Part shown: one piece after another, positions 40,570-54,054 of the stretch
How the letters are laid out: each line of letters starts with the position of its first letter
Numbering within the stretch: the first letter of the stretch is position 1
Source: Gnetum montanum
Taxonomy: Eukaryota > Plantae > Gnetophyta
Reading direction: 5' to 3'
DNA: 64,000 nucleotides
NCBI GenBank assembly: GCA_015680685.1
Contig: MNCI01000668.1
Span: 765,175-829,174 of the forward strand
Translations under genes and position numbers: made by a program
Notes under the pieces: model-generated
The model's database searches: none
Told to the model about the DNA's origin: nothing
The model's input: only the letters and a program-made list of their open reading frames with translations

Positions 40570-40826
40570 TCAGGGAGAGTTAATGCTTGTTGAGCTTTTT
40601 GGCTTTTGCTCTACACCCACGAGCCACATCTAAGCTAAGAGGAAGTGTTCTTTTGCTTCACGAAGTAAGACCAAGTTCATAAGCTTATTATCCTAGGTCG
40701 GAACAAGTTTATAGGATCCCGCGTCTCATTTGTCCGACCATGTTGCCAGCAGTGTGGCAGTCGGGCAACGAAATAGGGTGTCTCTTGCTTTGCTTTTGGT
40801 ATAGTGGGTCTCCCACCGGAAAGGCA

Positions 40827-41783
40827 GGGCTATTAGCTCAGTGGTAGAACGCACCCCTGATAATCGCGTCGTTGTGTTTGGGCTGTGAAGGCTCTCAGCC
40901 ACATGGATAGTTCAATGTGCTCATCAGCGCCTGACCCGGAGATGATCATCTAAGGCACATTAGCATGGTGTATTCCTCCTATTCGAACTGAGGTTTGAAA
41001 CCGAACATCTTCTTAGGAGGATAGATGGGGCGATTCAGGTGAGATCCAAAGTAGATCCAACTTTCTATTCGTTTGTGGGATCTGGGCGGTCTGGGGGAGC
41101 CGGTTATCCGTGGCTCCTCTCTTCTCAAGAATCCATATATCGCTTATCAGTGTATGGATGGCTATCTCTCGAGCATAGGTTGAAGTGAAGTGCAACCTAG
41201 ATGTACGTGGAAAATGGAGCACCTAATAACGCATCTTCACAGACCAAGAACTACGAGACCATCCCTCTTTTAGGTAGGGTGGCGGAGGGATTGTATCATT
41301 CGAGCCACCATTCGAGCCTTTTCCGGGAGGTCCATCGGAAGCGGACCCTAATCTTATCCAAAGGAATGTCAATTTTATCCAAATTCTGCAGGATTGGATC
41401 TAGTTGGAGGAATGCTTGGTGTAAAGAACTCCTTGGTCTTCGACTCCCTGAGTCACTATGACGAATGGTTCCCAGATCAGTGCAAGGGGACTTCTTTATC
41501 TATTTTCTAACGGTAGGAGCAGGCTCGAAAAAGGATCTTGGAGTGTGGTTGATTGGACCAGGAGGAAGAACGCCTCCAAGTCTCTTTTCATCGAAGTGAT
41601 TTGGCAAGGAAGGGGAACAAACACACTTGTAGAGCGCAGTACAACAGAAAGTTGTATGCTGCATTCGAGAAGGATGAATTGCTCTGGAAAAGGAATGTAT
41701 GGATTCTCTTCCAGTTGGTCGGATAGTCAGTGCAATGATTTACTTCATGGGCGAGGTCTCTAGTTCAAGTCTAGGATAGCCCA
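40827..41783 (+). tRNA. trnI-GAU: trnI-GAU with group II intron (exons 40827-40863, 41749-41783; NUPT copy)
   Basis: Exon 1 GGGCTATTAGCTCAGTGGTAGA...CCCCTGATAA; exon 2 GGGCGAGGTCTCTAGTTCAAGTCTAGGATAGCCCA. Confidence 0.93.
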
Positions 41784-43287
41784 TGCTGGGAATTTTCGTA
41801 TATAGAAAAAGCATCTGATTTGTTTATGCATGATTCACTGGTTTCCATTTTGACTAGTAGATGTATAATATTTCTTTACTATATATATTTTTAAATGTTA
41901 AGTTGATATCCATTTGTTGAACCTTTAGATCTTATGTTTTGTTATGGAGAGAATGAGCTTGATGGTTTCAAATCTAGCCACTAGTGCAAAGATTTCTTTA
42001 TAGTCAATGTATTTTTCCATTTGAATCATCTTACAAAAAGTCTTGATTTGTGTGTTGTGAATTTTCCTTTCTCTATGTACTTTGTTTTATATAGCCACTT
42101 GTAATCAATAACCTTTTTATCTTTAGGTTTTTTGACTAATTTTCATGTGTGATTTTTTAGGATGGAATTGTACTCTTCATCCATGGCTTCTTTCAAGACT
42201 TTTAATTCATGGATTTTATCATTGTCTAGCATTTGATTGCAAGGATGGTTCTTTAAAACCAAGGCTTTAAATTTTGATATATGTTTGATTTCTCTTGCTT
42301 TTTGAAAAAATTGCTTATGCTAAACTTTGTTTTATTAAATATAGCATCTCTTGAAATATGTCATTTTTGATTCATTAGGTCATAGGACCTATATTCATTG
42401 GTGTGAGAATCATAACCAAGAAATATGCATTTATTTCCTCTATCTTTAAATTTATCAATGAATTATTTTGGGATCTTTACATAGAAATGAAATCCAAATA
42501 TTCTCATATAACTCAAGTTAGGAATTTTGTTATATATGATTTCATATGGAGATTTGTCTTCATTGTTTTTGATGATGATTTGATTACAAATATAATAAGT
42601 ATCTGTGATAGTTGTACTCCAATATTGGTTAGGTAGTGAGGCATGCTTTAGTAAGCACCTTTTCATGCCTTGTATTACTCTATTTTTTAGCTACTCCATT
42701 TGATTATGAGCTATATGCATGTGGCCTAATGAAAGATACCATTTTCTTTATATAATTTATCAAATTCTTTATTTATGAATTCATATTCTTAGTTTGATTT
42801 GATGGCTTTAATCTTGAAATTCAAAGTTTTTAATTAGTTTGTGAAAAGTTTTAAAGTATTTGATGGCTTTGTCCTTTTGCTTTAGATTATAAGTCCAAGT
42901 ATATCTTGAGTAGTCATATACTATGAGCATGAAATAATTTACCCCTCCTATTGAAATAGTGGGCATTAGCCTAATAAGATCAGTGTATAGAAGATCAAAT
43001 GAGTTTTTCTTTTTTATCATGTGAAAGTTATGAGGAGAATTCGTTTACTTTTCTTGTATGCAAGTCTTATATTTGTCTTGAGGAATATCTAGAATCTTCA
43101 TTCTTGTAGTTTTTCCTTATTTGATTACTCTTTCAATTTTATGATACAAGATGTAACCAAGCCTTCCATACCAAAGTCCAAACTTACTAAATTTCCCATC
43201 ATTCTTTTTCTTGACTTAATATTTATTTGGGATTTGATTAGCTTCTATTGTGAGGATGTGTTATTCTTAAGTAGTATGGTTACTTAT

Positions 43288-46200
43288 TGATGAGTAGTGA
43301 GTAGACCCTATGCCCAACTATACGAATCACAAGTATTCTCGCATGATCTAGTTGAATTCCATTGATGGGACTACTTGTGTGTCTAGATCGTTAAGCATTG
43401 ATCGTAGTTCGCTGTCTTCCCACTTGGACTAGTGGTAGCTTGTCACTTATGGTTTAGTCTAGAGTGAGGCATATGATTATTGATGTTGTTTTGACCTTAT
43501 GCTACTCCTAATGATAATAAAGAAATTAATTATTTAAACTAAATAACAACAGAAATTAAAGTCTAAACTAGCCTATGGGTAATGAGTGTCCATTCTTAGC
43601 TTGCTGTACATGTACTAAACCCATGTATCCACTACTGGGATTACCAAGCGCTGTGCTATTAGGCAAACCAAGTAATAACACTACTAGGATTACCAAGCGA
43701 ATGTGTGTTTATGCTCAAAACTAGTCGTACTCATTTTGCCATTTGATTAATATGCATGAAAATGTAATGAATAGAAATATAAATTGCATTAAAAGGAAAT
43801 CTATTCTACGTCAAAGTGTCACAATCAATAGAAATCAATCTTGATCTTATTGCTGTTCATGGATTGTGTTTAGGTATAATGCCACTTGAATAAGATGTCA
43901 TAGATTAACTATTCTCTAAGACTACAAAATGAAACTACAAGAGTTTGGCTACTCTATTAATAAAAGAATGCCAATACATGATAGGAGCACATGTATTTAT
44001 AGGCAAAAATAGACACTACATTGATAAGGCCACATCAACACATCATTTTATGCATTGATAGGGCCATGTTGATGTAGCTGCGTTGAACCAGCTGTGTCAA
44101 AGTAACTATGTCAAAGTAGCTATGTCAAGGTAGCTATGTTGAAGCGGCTACATCAAGGTAGCTACATTGATGCAACCAACTGATGCTTCATCATACCCCC
44201 ATGATTGAATAAAAACTCATCCTCTAGTTAATAGGATAGGATCGAGCTTTCTTTTCAAAAAATTAGAAATGATTGGATTATTGATTGGTGCTAACTACTG
44301 ACTAACTTTGAGTGGAACATTACAAAATTTTATTCAAGTGGATTCATATAAAATGACAAAGTGATAAAAATACTAGATAGACATTAAAGATTACAAAATT
44401 TACAGAGGTCTTCAAAAATCCATTGAAGATGATTCTTCTTGTTGCTGCTAGTAGTGGTAGACTTCTAATATTGATTATTATGTTGATGCTTCTCTAGTTA
44501 TGTAGAACATTCTTGAAGGATGGATTAAAATTTTTTCACATGGTCCCATGGATCTAGCAAACATCTGATATTGGAGCTACTATCATGTATGTGCTACGAT
44601 TTGTCTATGGGCATATCCTTTGTTGTCCCCCTCTTAGCTTTATTTTCATGCTTGGAAAAAGATCTTCTTTCTTAAGTGTTTCTTTTAGCATCACCTATAG
44701 TCACCAAAGGATCAACATTAGTTTTGGTGAATTTTCCTTAATAATTAAGCCTTTTCAGATCCCTTAGTTTGTGTTTAAGCACAAGGTGATGACAACATAC
44801 TATGCCTAAGGATATGAGGTAACTAATATCATCAAGTTGTTCACATTATTTTGATCAATTACTATTAGTTACCATAATATTCAAAAATAGGATATTAGAA
44901 AAATTTCAAAAGATTTCAAAATAGACATCCCTATCCCCCATGACTAATGAGTGTAACTTCGGAAGCGCACAAGTTCTTGAACAATTGAAACCAAAGGTTT
45001 GATTCAGAAGATTGCCAAGAAATATTAATGGATTTGGAAATAGAAAAGTAGGAAAAATTAATAAAATGAATGAGAAGTAGTCCCAAAATTATGCATAAAT
45101 TTAGAGAAATCATCATTGATGTTCTAGAAGATGTCAAGGTTACTTCAAAGCCATGATCAACAAAAGTTATGCAAATGGATCCTTTCCAAAGCAAGCTCTT
45201 GCCATAATGCCCTTGCATAACCACTTCTATAGATGTCCATGGGCACACAAGAAGTTAAATGTAGACCATGCATTTGTTCTAAAAAACACACAATTTCCAT
45301 GGTTGGGATGTTGAACTATACTACACAAAACCAAAAGGCTCATAATCGCATGCAATAGTGAGGTAGATAATGGGATGAGAAGGGATTATAGAGATCGAAT
45401 GTAAGGTACTTGACCATGTCCACAATAGGTTCTTGTGAAAAATGTGTATAGCCCCATAACCAATGCATGTAGCCCATTATTGTGTATAATGAGTGTGCCT
45501 TGAATTTCCATTATTATTATTATTATTTTATTTTTTATTTTTTCTTTTTTTTTTATATTTTTTTTATATTTTTTTTCCTTTTTTTCTTTTGTTTTTCGAA
45601 TTTTAAATATATTTTTGAGATGGGAACCACACCATGTAAAGACATAGCTTCCTTTTTATTGGTTGATGGAGGAGTGATGATACATTCTAAGAGGAGTCAT
45701 AAGCCACATGAAGGTAAAAAAGAAGGAAACCCAACAAGTCCCCTTGAGGTCACACTCTTTGCCATTCCCACTTGGTCATTACCTTTTTCTTCAAGGTACA
45801 ATGATCATTGATTACTTTTATTTTCATGATAAAATAACCAAATTTTTTTCATGATAAAGACATTTTATTTAGAGAATTGGAGGGGTGGATGAGGTGGTCT
45901 CACTACTTTACATAATTACTTATCCAATCATCTTGATAATATAGATAAAAAACCCAATACATGGTGTTGACTTTTACATCATGACTGGAAATATTATTAA
46001 CAAAAGCATAAAAAATAATCCCCTAGTTATACGACATTGATTTCCCATCTATCACCATTATTAATTTAATTAATCATGTGGTAGCACATCTAACATTAGT
46101 GATAGTCTCGTTTGGATCATTTAGAGATGTATCTTCATTTGGATTTGAAGGTATTTCCATTTTTGGGGATCCAGATGTATTTTCTTCTTCTTCTTAATTT

Positions 46201-49200
46201 TCTATTTTAATTCCCATGTCTTCATGTTTAATATCCTCTTTTTGTGTATAATCAAAGTGTAAAATATCTATGTCTGAGTCCTTTGTTTGGTCCATTTTCT
46301 TAAGTCTAGAACTAATAAGAAAATTAGTTGCTTTCAGGCATCTTTAAAACAATTTTATATTCTCATTTTTAAGCCACTGGGTGTCTTCTGGTTGAGTGGC
46401 TACTACATAGACTTGTTTATTCTTACACATTTTTTTCTTAACTTTGTTATGGATTGGTATAGGGGTTATGTTAATATTTCAAAATTATGACCCGTAATTG
46501 CACCCTTTATCATTATTAGTGATGCATGGATTCTTCTGTGATGGTTGTTGGCTTTTGCATATGGTTAAGAGACATCATTTTTTGAGGAAGGGGGTTGCAC
46601 TAGATTGGACTTATGTGGGTTTCAATGCACTAGTAGGTCTACGAGTTTTATGCTTGTGTGAGGAAACTACCATAAAGAAAGAACGTTTCCAAGGTTATGG
46701 TTGAGATATACTAGCATTATCATTTATGTGTATGTTCATAGCACAAGTGGTAGTTGTTCATTGATTTTATGGTATCGAACCTTCTGGTGTTATTGGTGGT
46801 GACATATGGTGAATAGAAGTATGAAAATATTAAGGATATGATGGAGGATGTGAGGCATGAGGTGGTAATCCCATGGAAGATGTTGTGAGTTGATGTTATT
46901 TGGGAGAGTCATAGTAGTGATTTGAGGTAGATGAAGTAGAACTAGTCAGGGAAATAGGTTGTTGAACATAATATTCATACAAGTCCAACTAGTAGTAAAA
47001 GTAGTGTTGATTTGATGATATCCTCCCCCATTATTATGGATTTTTCCACTACGATTGATGATAGTGTTGAGGCTAGTAAGAAGTCCCACTAGGATAATAT
47101 GATTGGTTGTAGGATTGTCTATAATTACCTTGTGAGAAAGGTAATTTCCCATGCATTTTATTTTGTACGAACTTGGGATTCAAAGCAAAAACCCAATACT
47201 CATGTAGATGTAACATGATTGGGAAATAGCCCTTTGGATGGTCATATAGGTAGATGTCACATCCATCATCTTCTTCTATGGTTGCGTCTATAGCCTCTTC
47301 TTCTATAGCCATTTTCCTTTTTGCTGATAAGTGTTCCTACCTATTCCTTGGTTTTTTTTCCTCCTCGTGTTTTGATCACTTGATTCATTTTGCGTTACTT
47401 TCTCTTCTATCATTTTCACATAAGTTGCAACTTTTTCATTCATCAACTTTTGCAACTTATCTAGCCTTACTTCAAGCTCATTGATAGACTTTTGTATTGG
47501 TAAGGTTTCTTCTGAAATCACCTCATTGAGAGTTACCTCTTTTTCCTCATCATAGATATGGATCCTTTTCTTTTGAAGAGTTGGATCCTAGTTGTTTTTC
47601 TCTATATTGTCTCATTTACATAGCTCTCCTTCTTCTTTCACCACTTGCTTGATTAGCCTTTGTATCTGATGAGCTTTTAATTCATATAGTTGACCTTGGG
47701 GAAAAATCCCAAGGGTCTTTTTCATTTCATTATGAAGCCCATCTATGATGTAGAAAAGTTGCTCATTTTGAGAGAAATCATGGTAGGGACATCTATGTAT
47801 TAGTGAATAGTATCTATCCAAGGCCACATCCAAGGGTTCATGACTCTCTTGCTTCCACCCTTGGATTTGTTTTCTTAGGCTGGAAACTCTCACATAGGTT
47901 TGGTATTTTTCATTGAAAAGCTCCAACATCGTGGACCATCAGTGGATTGAATCTAGTTACAACAATCTATACCAACTTTCAACTTCATCTACTAGTGTCC
48001 TAGGAAAGAGCTTAAGCTTTTACTACTTACATTCATTTTGCAAGGCACAAGCATCATGAAAAACTTGTAAGTGATGTTGTGGATCAGAATTATAGCCTCC
48101 CATAAATTTAGGAATGTTGTCCATATCAAGTCATTTGATGTGGCTATCCCTTTGATGCCTTTGGGGTATTTGAACTACCTTCCTAATCTGTGTTAGGTCC
48201 TTAGTAGCCAATAAGAGTTCATCTATACTAGACACATCATGATGATAATCTATATTTATATTCATTTGATTATGATGATATTGACTATGATCATTTTGAT
48301 ATCTTTGATTTTGCCCTTGGGTTTGATGTATATCTTTATCTTAGTCCTATAGTGAAGCTCTATCTATCATTCATCTTTGTCAGAACTAGATGTTGAAGAG
48401 GAAGAGGAAGATGAGAAACTGGGAGAATCGCCATGGCTTCTATAGTTATCCCAATGGTCCCTTGGTGTATCATTTCTAAGTTTAGAGGAGGTCCTAAGCC
48501 TTGAGGCTCTCCTTGTTCTAGGACCTACTCCATCTCCTCTAGAATTATCTACCTTAGGTGAATGTAGTCCTTGAGTATTATCAAGGTGAAAATGAGCACA
48601 TGAAGCCCTTGCATGAGGTTGTTCACTCCAAGTTTCTTCAATATAGATCCTATTAGTTCTTCAATGAATGTTCTCATCATATGATGCATGATTAGTCCTA
48701 TGTCAAGAAGACATGTTTTTAACATGTGTGACTTAATATTTTTTGAAAGATAAATCATTAACACCTTAACAATGATCATTTATAATACAACTAATCTAGA
48801 GAACTAGCACCATCCTTAGCAAGGGTGCCAATGATGAGCTATAGGCAGATCCTATGCCTAACCATACAAATCACAAGTGTTCATGCACAATCCAATCAAA
48901 TTTTATGGATGGGACTAGTTGTGCATATAGATTGTTAAGTATTGATTGCTGTTCATTGTCTTCCCACTTGGACTAGTAGTAGCTTGTCATGTATGGTTTA
49001 GTCCATAGTGAGGCATATGATTTTTGATGTTGTTTTAGCCTTATCTTACTCGTAATGAAAATAAAGAAATCAATTATTTAAACTAATTAACAATGAAAAT
49101 AAAATTCTAAACTAGCCTACTAATGATGAGTGTCTTTTTCCATTTGTTGTACATGTGTTGAACCCACGTATCCACTATTGGAATTACCAAGTGCTACGTT

Positions 49201-49806
49201 ATTGGGTGAACCAAGTAATAAAATTGTTGGGATTACCAAGCGAATACATGTTTATGCTCAAAATTTGTCATTCTCATCCCACCAATTGATTAATATGGAT
49301 GGAAAAGTAAATATTAACTAAGTGAATGGGATATAAATTGCATTAAAAGGAAATTTACTGTATGTCAAAGTGTTGTAATGAATAGGAATCAATCTCTATC
49401 TTATTTCCATTCATGGATTGTGTCCAGATACAATGCCACTAGAATAAGATGTCGTACAACTAACTTAGACCCATACTATAGGCACTCACTAATTGTTCTC
49501 TAAGAGTATAGAATAAAAATGTAAGAGTTCAATTACTCTATTAACAAAAAAAATGCCAATATAGGATGGGAGCATGCATATTTATAAGTGAAAATTTACA
49601 TTATGTTGAAAAGGCCACATCCATGCATCACTGCATGTATCGATGGGCCCACATTGATGGGGTCACGTCGACACAACTACATCAAAGCAGATGCATCGAG
49701 GTACCTATGTCAAAGTGGCTACATTAAAGAGACTGCATTGAGGCAGCTATGTTGAAGTGGCTACAACAAGGAAGCTGCGTTGATGCAACCAAATGATGCT
49801 TCATCA
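43288..49806 (-). mobile_element. Non-autonomous Athila-like LTR element (gag only, no pol)
   Basis: LTRs at 43288-44193 and 48832-49806. Perfect TSD CTTAT. Asp-type PBS relic (rc TTGGCACCCTTGCTAAGG) and PPT (rc CATGGGGGTA). Gag relic at 47073-48200 is homologous to 26161-27150. No PR/RT/INT motifs seen. Confidence 0.88.
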
Positions 49807-52800
49807 CTTATGATGTCTCATTTTTTTATTGAAATAGTCATATTCAAGATAATATATTATATTATTCAAGGCTTTGATTTGCATGATTTCTTCACCATTG
49901 GTTTTGTTGACAATGTAAAAATCACTTTTGAAATTAACACTATTTCCTCCATTAGAGACTTGTCCAATAGAGATGAGAGGGTTGGAAAGATTAGAAACAT
50001 AACACACATTGGAATGATGACCTTTTGTCCATTATTTAATTTAACTACACAATATCCTATTCCTTCTATGACTAAGTATTTTTCATTTTCAATTTTAATG
50101 TTGCTAATATTATTATTTGTTTTCTAATTTAGAAGATAATTTTTGTAGGATGTTATGTGATTGAAGCATCCACTTTCTATAATCCAAGAATTGAAGGCTT
50201 CATAATTACTTGGTTATTCTTCTTGATTATCCTTTTGAGATAATGAGGAAGTATCTTGTTCTATTTGTAAATCTTGTCCATGTATTATTTCAAAATTGAT
50301 TCTAGTCCAACATTGGTTGATGGTATAACCTTTTCTTTTAAAAAAGTTACAATATGGTACTTAGTCTTAATCATATTTTTATCTTTCAAATTAATTTCAT
50401 CTTCCTCTTCCTCTTCCACTTATATTTTGATCATCATTTTCTTCTGAATTTGTTTCTTGATTTCTATTTTGATAATTGAATCTTTCTCTTCCTCTAAATC
50501 TTTCTTACCTACCTCTTCCTCTTTGGTTAGCTATGTAGGCTTTATTATCTTCCTTGTATTATTTGTTATTCTTTATAATTTTCAAGGTTCTCATTGGAGT
50601 AACTAATTCATTGATAGTAAGCATTTTGAAGCCCTTTGAAAGAATAATGTTTTCCATCTTATTTTCAAATCTTGGATCTATGTAGAAAGCTTGAATAAGT
50701 TTCTAAATCTTTTTCCTGTTAGTATATCCATAGTCATATTCATCTATTTTTCATAAGTTTTCATACATTCTAATAAATAATTCTTTAATAGTTTCATTAC
50801 TTCCAATTCCAAGGTATTGAATTTTTTTGTAGATTTGTTGCTGTAATTGTTAATTTTTTAAGCTTTCCTTGTATTTTAATTGGAGATAATCTCATACTTA
50901 TTTCACAATAATATAAATATAGTATCTACTAGAAATAACTTATAAGACACTAGCCAATAGCATCATGAGAATGAAATTATTATTATTCTTCTTTGTTTCA
51001 TATTCTTTGATTTGTAATTTGGTGAAATTTTCAAAATCATGGATGAAGGCAAAATATGTTTCAACTATTTTCCGGTAGTCATTATGTTCAAATAGGCATT
51101 TCATCATCCTTGCTCATAGGCTAAAACCTTGAGAGGCATTGAAGATGATGAAGCATCTAGCTATGTCTTTTGTGCTTATTTTTGTAGGTGAACTTGGTGC
51201 TTTAATACCAAGTGAAGGAATTTCAAGTAGAAATATAATTGCTTGGTTCTCTTGAATTCACAAATAATTATCAAATAAAATTTATATTTTTCAAAAGTGT
51301 GACATCCCCATTTCCAAATGATGTTGCTGCCTAATGAATATGGTGCCTCTTCATAACAAGTGTTATCATTATCTTAACAAGACTTGAAAGGGTAGTTGTG
51401 ATTAAGATCCAAAAGGGTGCATTGTAATAATGGACATGTATCTTGAGGTGACCTTTGGGGTTTTGACCTAAGGCATTTATACTTAGGCTTAAAGGTCCTA
51501 CCGGGCATGGAGTGGTGAAGCCAGCATAGGAAGGTCACAAGAGCAGGGTGAGCCAGGACAGGAAGTGGACTAGCCATTTGTTTTGGTTGGTAATAAGCCT
51601 AACTGTGGTGTCAATGTTGGATTGCCTCTAAGGGATGGATGCCAAAGGAAGAAACCCTCATGGAACACTCTTAAAGCATGATCCAAATACGCTATTCTAT
51701 ATCAATAAAACATTCTTTTCTTTCTCTTTCTGCACTTTTCTTTGTCATTTTTTACACATAATGTTGAATGTTACATATATTTGAGATTTGGTATATTGTC
51801 TGCTTATGCATAATGTATATTTGACATTTTTCATGACATCTAGGGATGAGATGTCACAATTGGTCTAAGAGTAAACCATGACCCAAGGGCCATTCAGAAC
51901 CATGGATTGACTACAACATGAACCTGATGATGAACCTTCAAGCCATAACACAAGGAAAGTCATTAATCATCACTATATGTACAATATGTTTGTGATGTAA
52001 GTCAAAAGATACCTTTCCATTTATTTTCTTAAGCAATGGATCAAACATCTATATCCCAGCAACCAACAAAATGCTTTCATGAATATCATTAACCAATGAA
52101 GATCTTATTACTCCTTATCAAGATTCATCAATTATAAGAGATGTTGGTAAGATTGGTCCAAGTAACTCTTACCCATATTAATACTATAATTATAATTGAT
52201 TAAGGTCATTGTTAAATTAATTTCAACAAAAGTTAGTAACCATGACCTGAATTGATCTTGTTTTGTTGAAAATCATTATTCAAGTTATTTAGAAGACCTC
52301 ATGTTACCATAGGTCAACCTAGAAATGTTAGTTCAACAAAAGAAGCTATTTTGGTATTTTTAATTCTTGAAAAATCAAATTCATTTTTGAAACCTAAGGC
52401 CATATCCAATGCATAGTACTCATTAAGATGATTCTAATGATACAAATTTTGTCTTGGTCAAACTTACTATTTGGGAGATATTGATGTTCAAAGTTTCTCG
52501 TCATATGTGCATTAAAATAATATTAAATTATTAAAATTATTAAATTATCATCATTATTTAAAAAAATTCAAAATTTTAGGATCAGGAATCAATCCAAAAT
52601 TGTTATTTATGTAAACCGAACTCTCTACTCTATCATCGATCAAACCACCACATCAACCATCGTCAAGGCAACATGGAATAAAATAATAATTAAAACTTTA
52701 AAAAAATCTCTAAAGTAATTGTCGAGTGGGGGGTCATGGGTTGAGTCCTACATTCCAAAATATTTTTAATTAAATAATAATAATAATATAAATAAAAAAT

Positions 52801-53974
52801 ATTATTATTTATTAAAAAAATAAAAATAAGAATAAAAAAATAAAAAAATCCCCCTTTTGAGTAAGCCACAACTAGCCTTACTACCAGCCATGGCAAGGCC
52901 CACAAGGCCAACTAGTGACTAGTGGTAGTTGTTCCTATTGCGTAGTGTTGCGGTCGATCCCAAAGGAGGTTGGAAGGAAGGCTAGCTTGCCTCCTGCATG
53001 TTGCTTGCTCCTGTGCATTCTCTTGTGTTGTCGTCAAATCTCACTGGTCCTTCTAAGCATGTGCCTACTAACCTACCACTTCTATAGCCCTCCACACTCC
53101 ATCTCCGCTCAATTTTATAGCCACCCTATGTATTGTGATGCTTCGCCCTACCGCCTACTCTCCAACATGCATCGTCGCCTTCATATGCTCCTATGCAATT
53201 TTCTTGCATATCACCTGCCATTTTCATGATAGAAACCCTTGTTGTGTTTTTGGTAGCTGCCATTGACTATGTTTCTATTGCCCAATAGCATCATAGATCA
53301 TCGTATCCCATGCCACTGATCATCGTCTATCATGCTGCTAATCATCTTCTCTTGCATCATTGATCATCGCCTTCCCTACTATTGATCATCGCCTCCTCCT
53401 TCAATGCTAGAAGATAAAACAAATCCTTGTACAGGGCATGTGTGTTGATAGAGGCCTTGTAGCCTTGTGGAGGGCTGTGTGAGCCTTGTAATGGGCCACA
53501 CAAGCTCAGTAACATGATGTGTAGACCCTAAATAATGTCACATGAGCCCAAGAATAGGTAGCACAAGCCCTAGTGAGGGTCATGTAGGCTTGGGCTACAA
53601 CACCCAGCATAGCCCCTTGCTCGTCAACTTTGCTGCTACCATCACCAGTGCCCACCTTTGTTTGCCACATTGCTTAACTCATCCATGTTCCTTGCCCCAC
53701 CGATGTTCACTGCTTAGCCATCCAATAGCTAGGATTGTCGATTCCTTTCAGTCGGCATGGCTAGCATGCCATCACATCCATTGATGCCCCATCAAGAAAA
53801 AATTCTCTATTAACATATGGAAGATTCAAATTTTCTATTGATTGACAGAAAAATTAAAATTCTTGTCAACTAAAGGAAAAATTCAAAATTCCTCTTGACA
53901 AATTATTAGTTAAATTATAAATGTGTGAAAATTTTTTTGAAAATGAAAATTGATGCATTGGTAGCAACAAGAAT

Positions 53975-54054
53975 AAGAATTATGTAATTAAGCATGCCCA
54001 TTCTGGAGTAGTATTAGGATGGGTGACCTCTCAAGAAGTCTCATTTTTCATGCC
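53975..54054 (+). pseudogene. 5S rRNA-derived segment (A box/IE/C box region)
   Basis: AATTAAGCATGC...GAGTAGTATTAGGATGGGTGACCTCTCAAGAAGTC versus plant 5S AGTTAAGCGTGC...GAGTAGTACTAGGATGGGTGACCTCCTGGGAAGTC. Confidence 0.8.

Larger units (their letters stand above)
29857..41845 (+). other. Nuclear plastid DNA insertion (NUPT), ~12 kb of inverted-repeat-region sequence
   Basis: Plastid gene order ycf2, trnL-CAA, psi-ndhB, rps7, 3'rps12, trnV-GAC, rrn16, trnI-GAU. Many premature stops and transitions. Flanked on both sides by contiguous halves of a Copia RT. Confidence 0.95.

Noticed and set aside
39391-41763. Short ORFs over rrn16 and the trnI intron (ycf68-like)
   Set aside because: Shadow ORFs of RNA genes and intron sequence.
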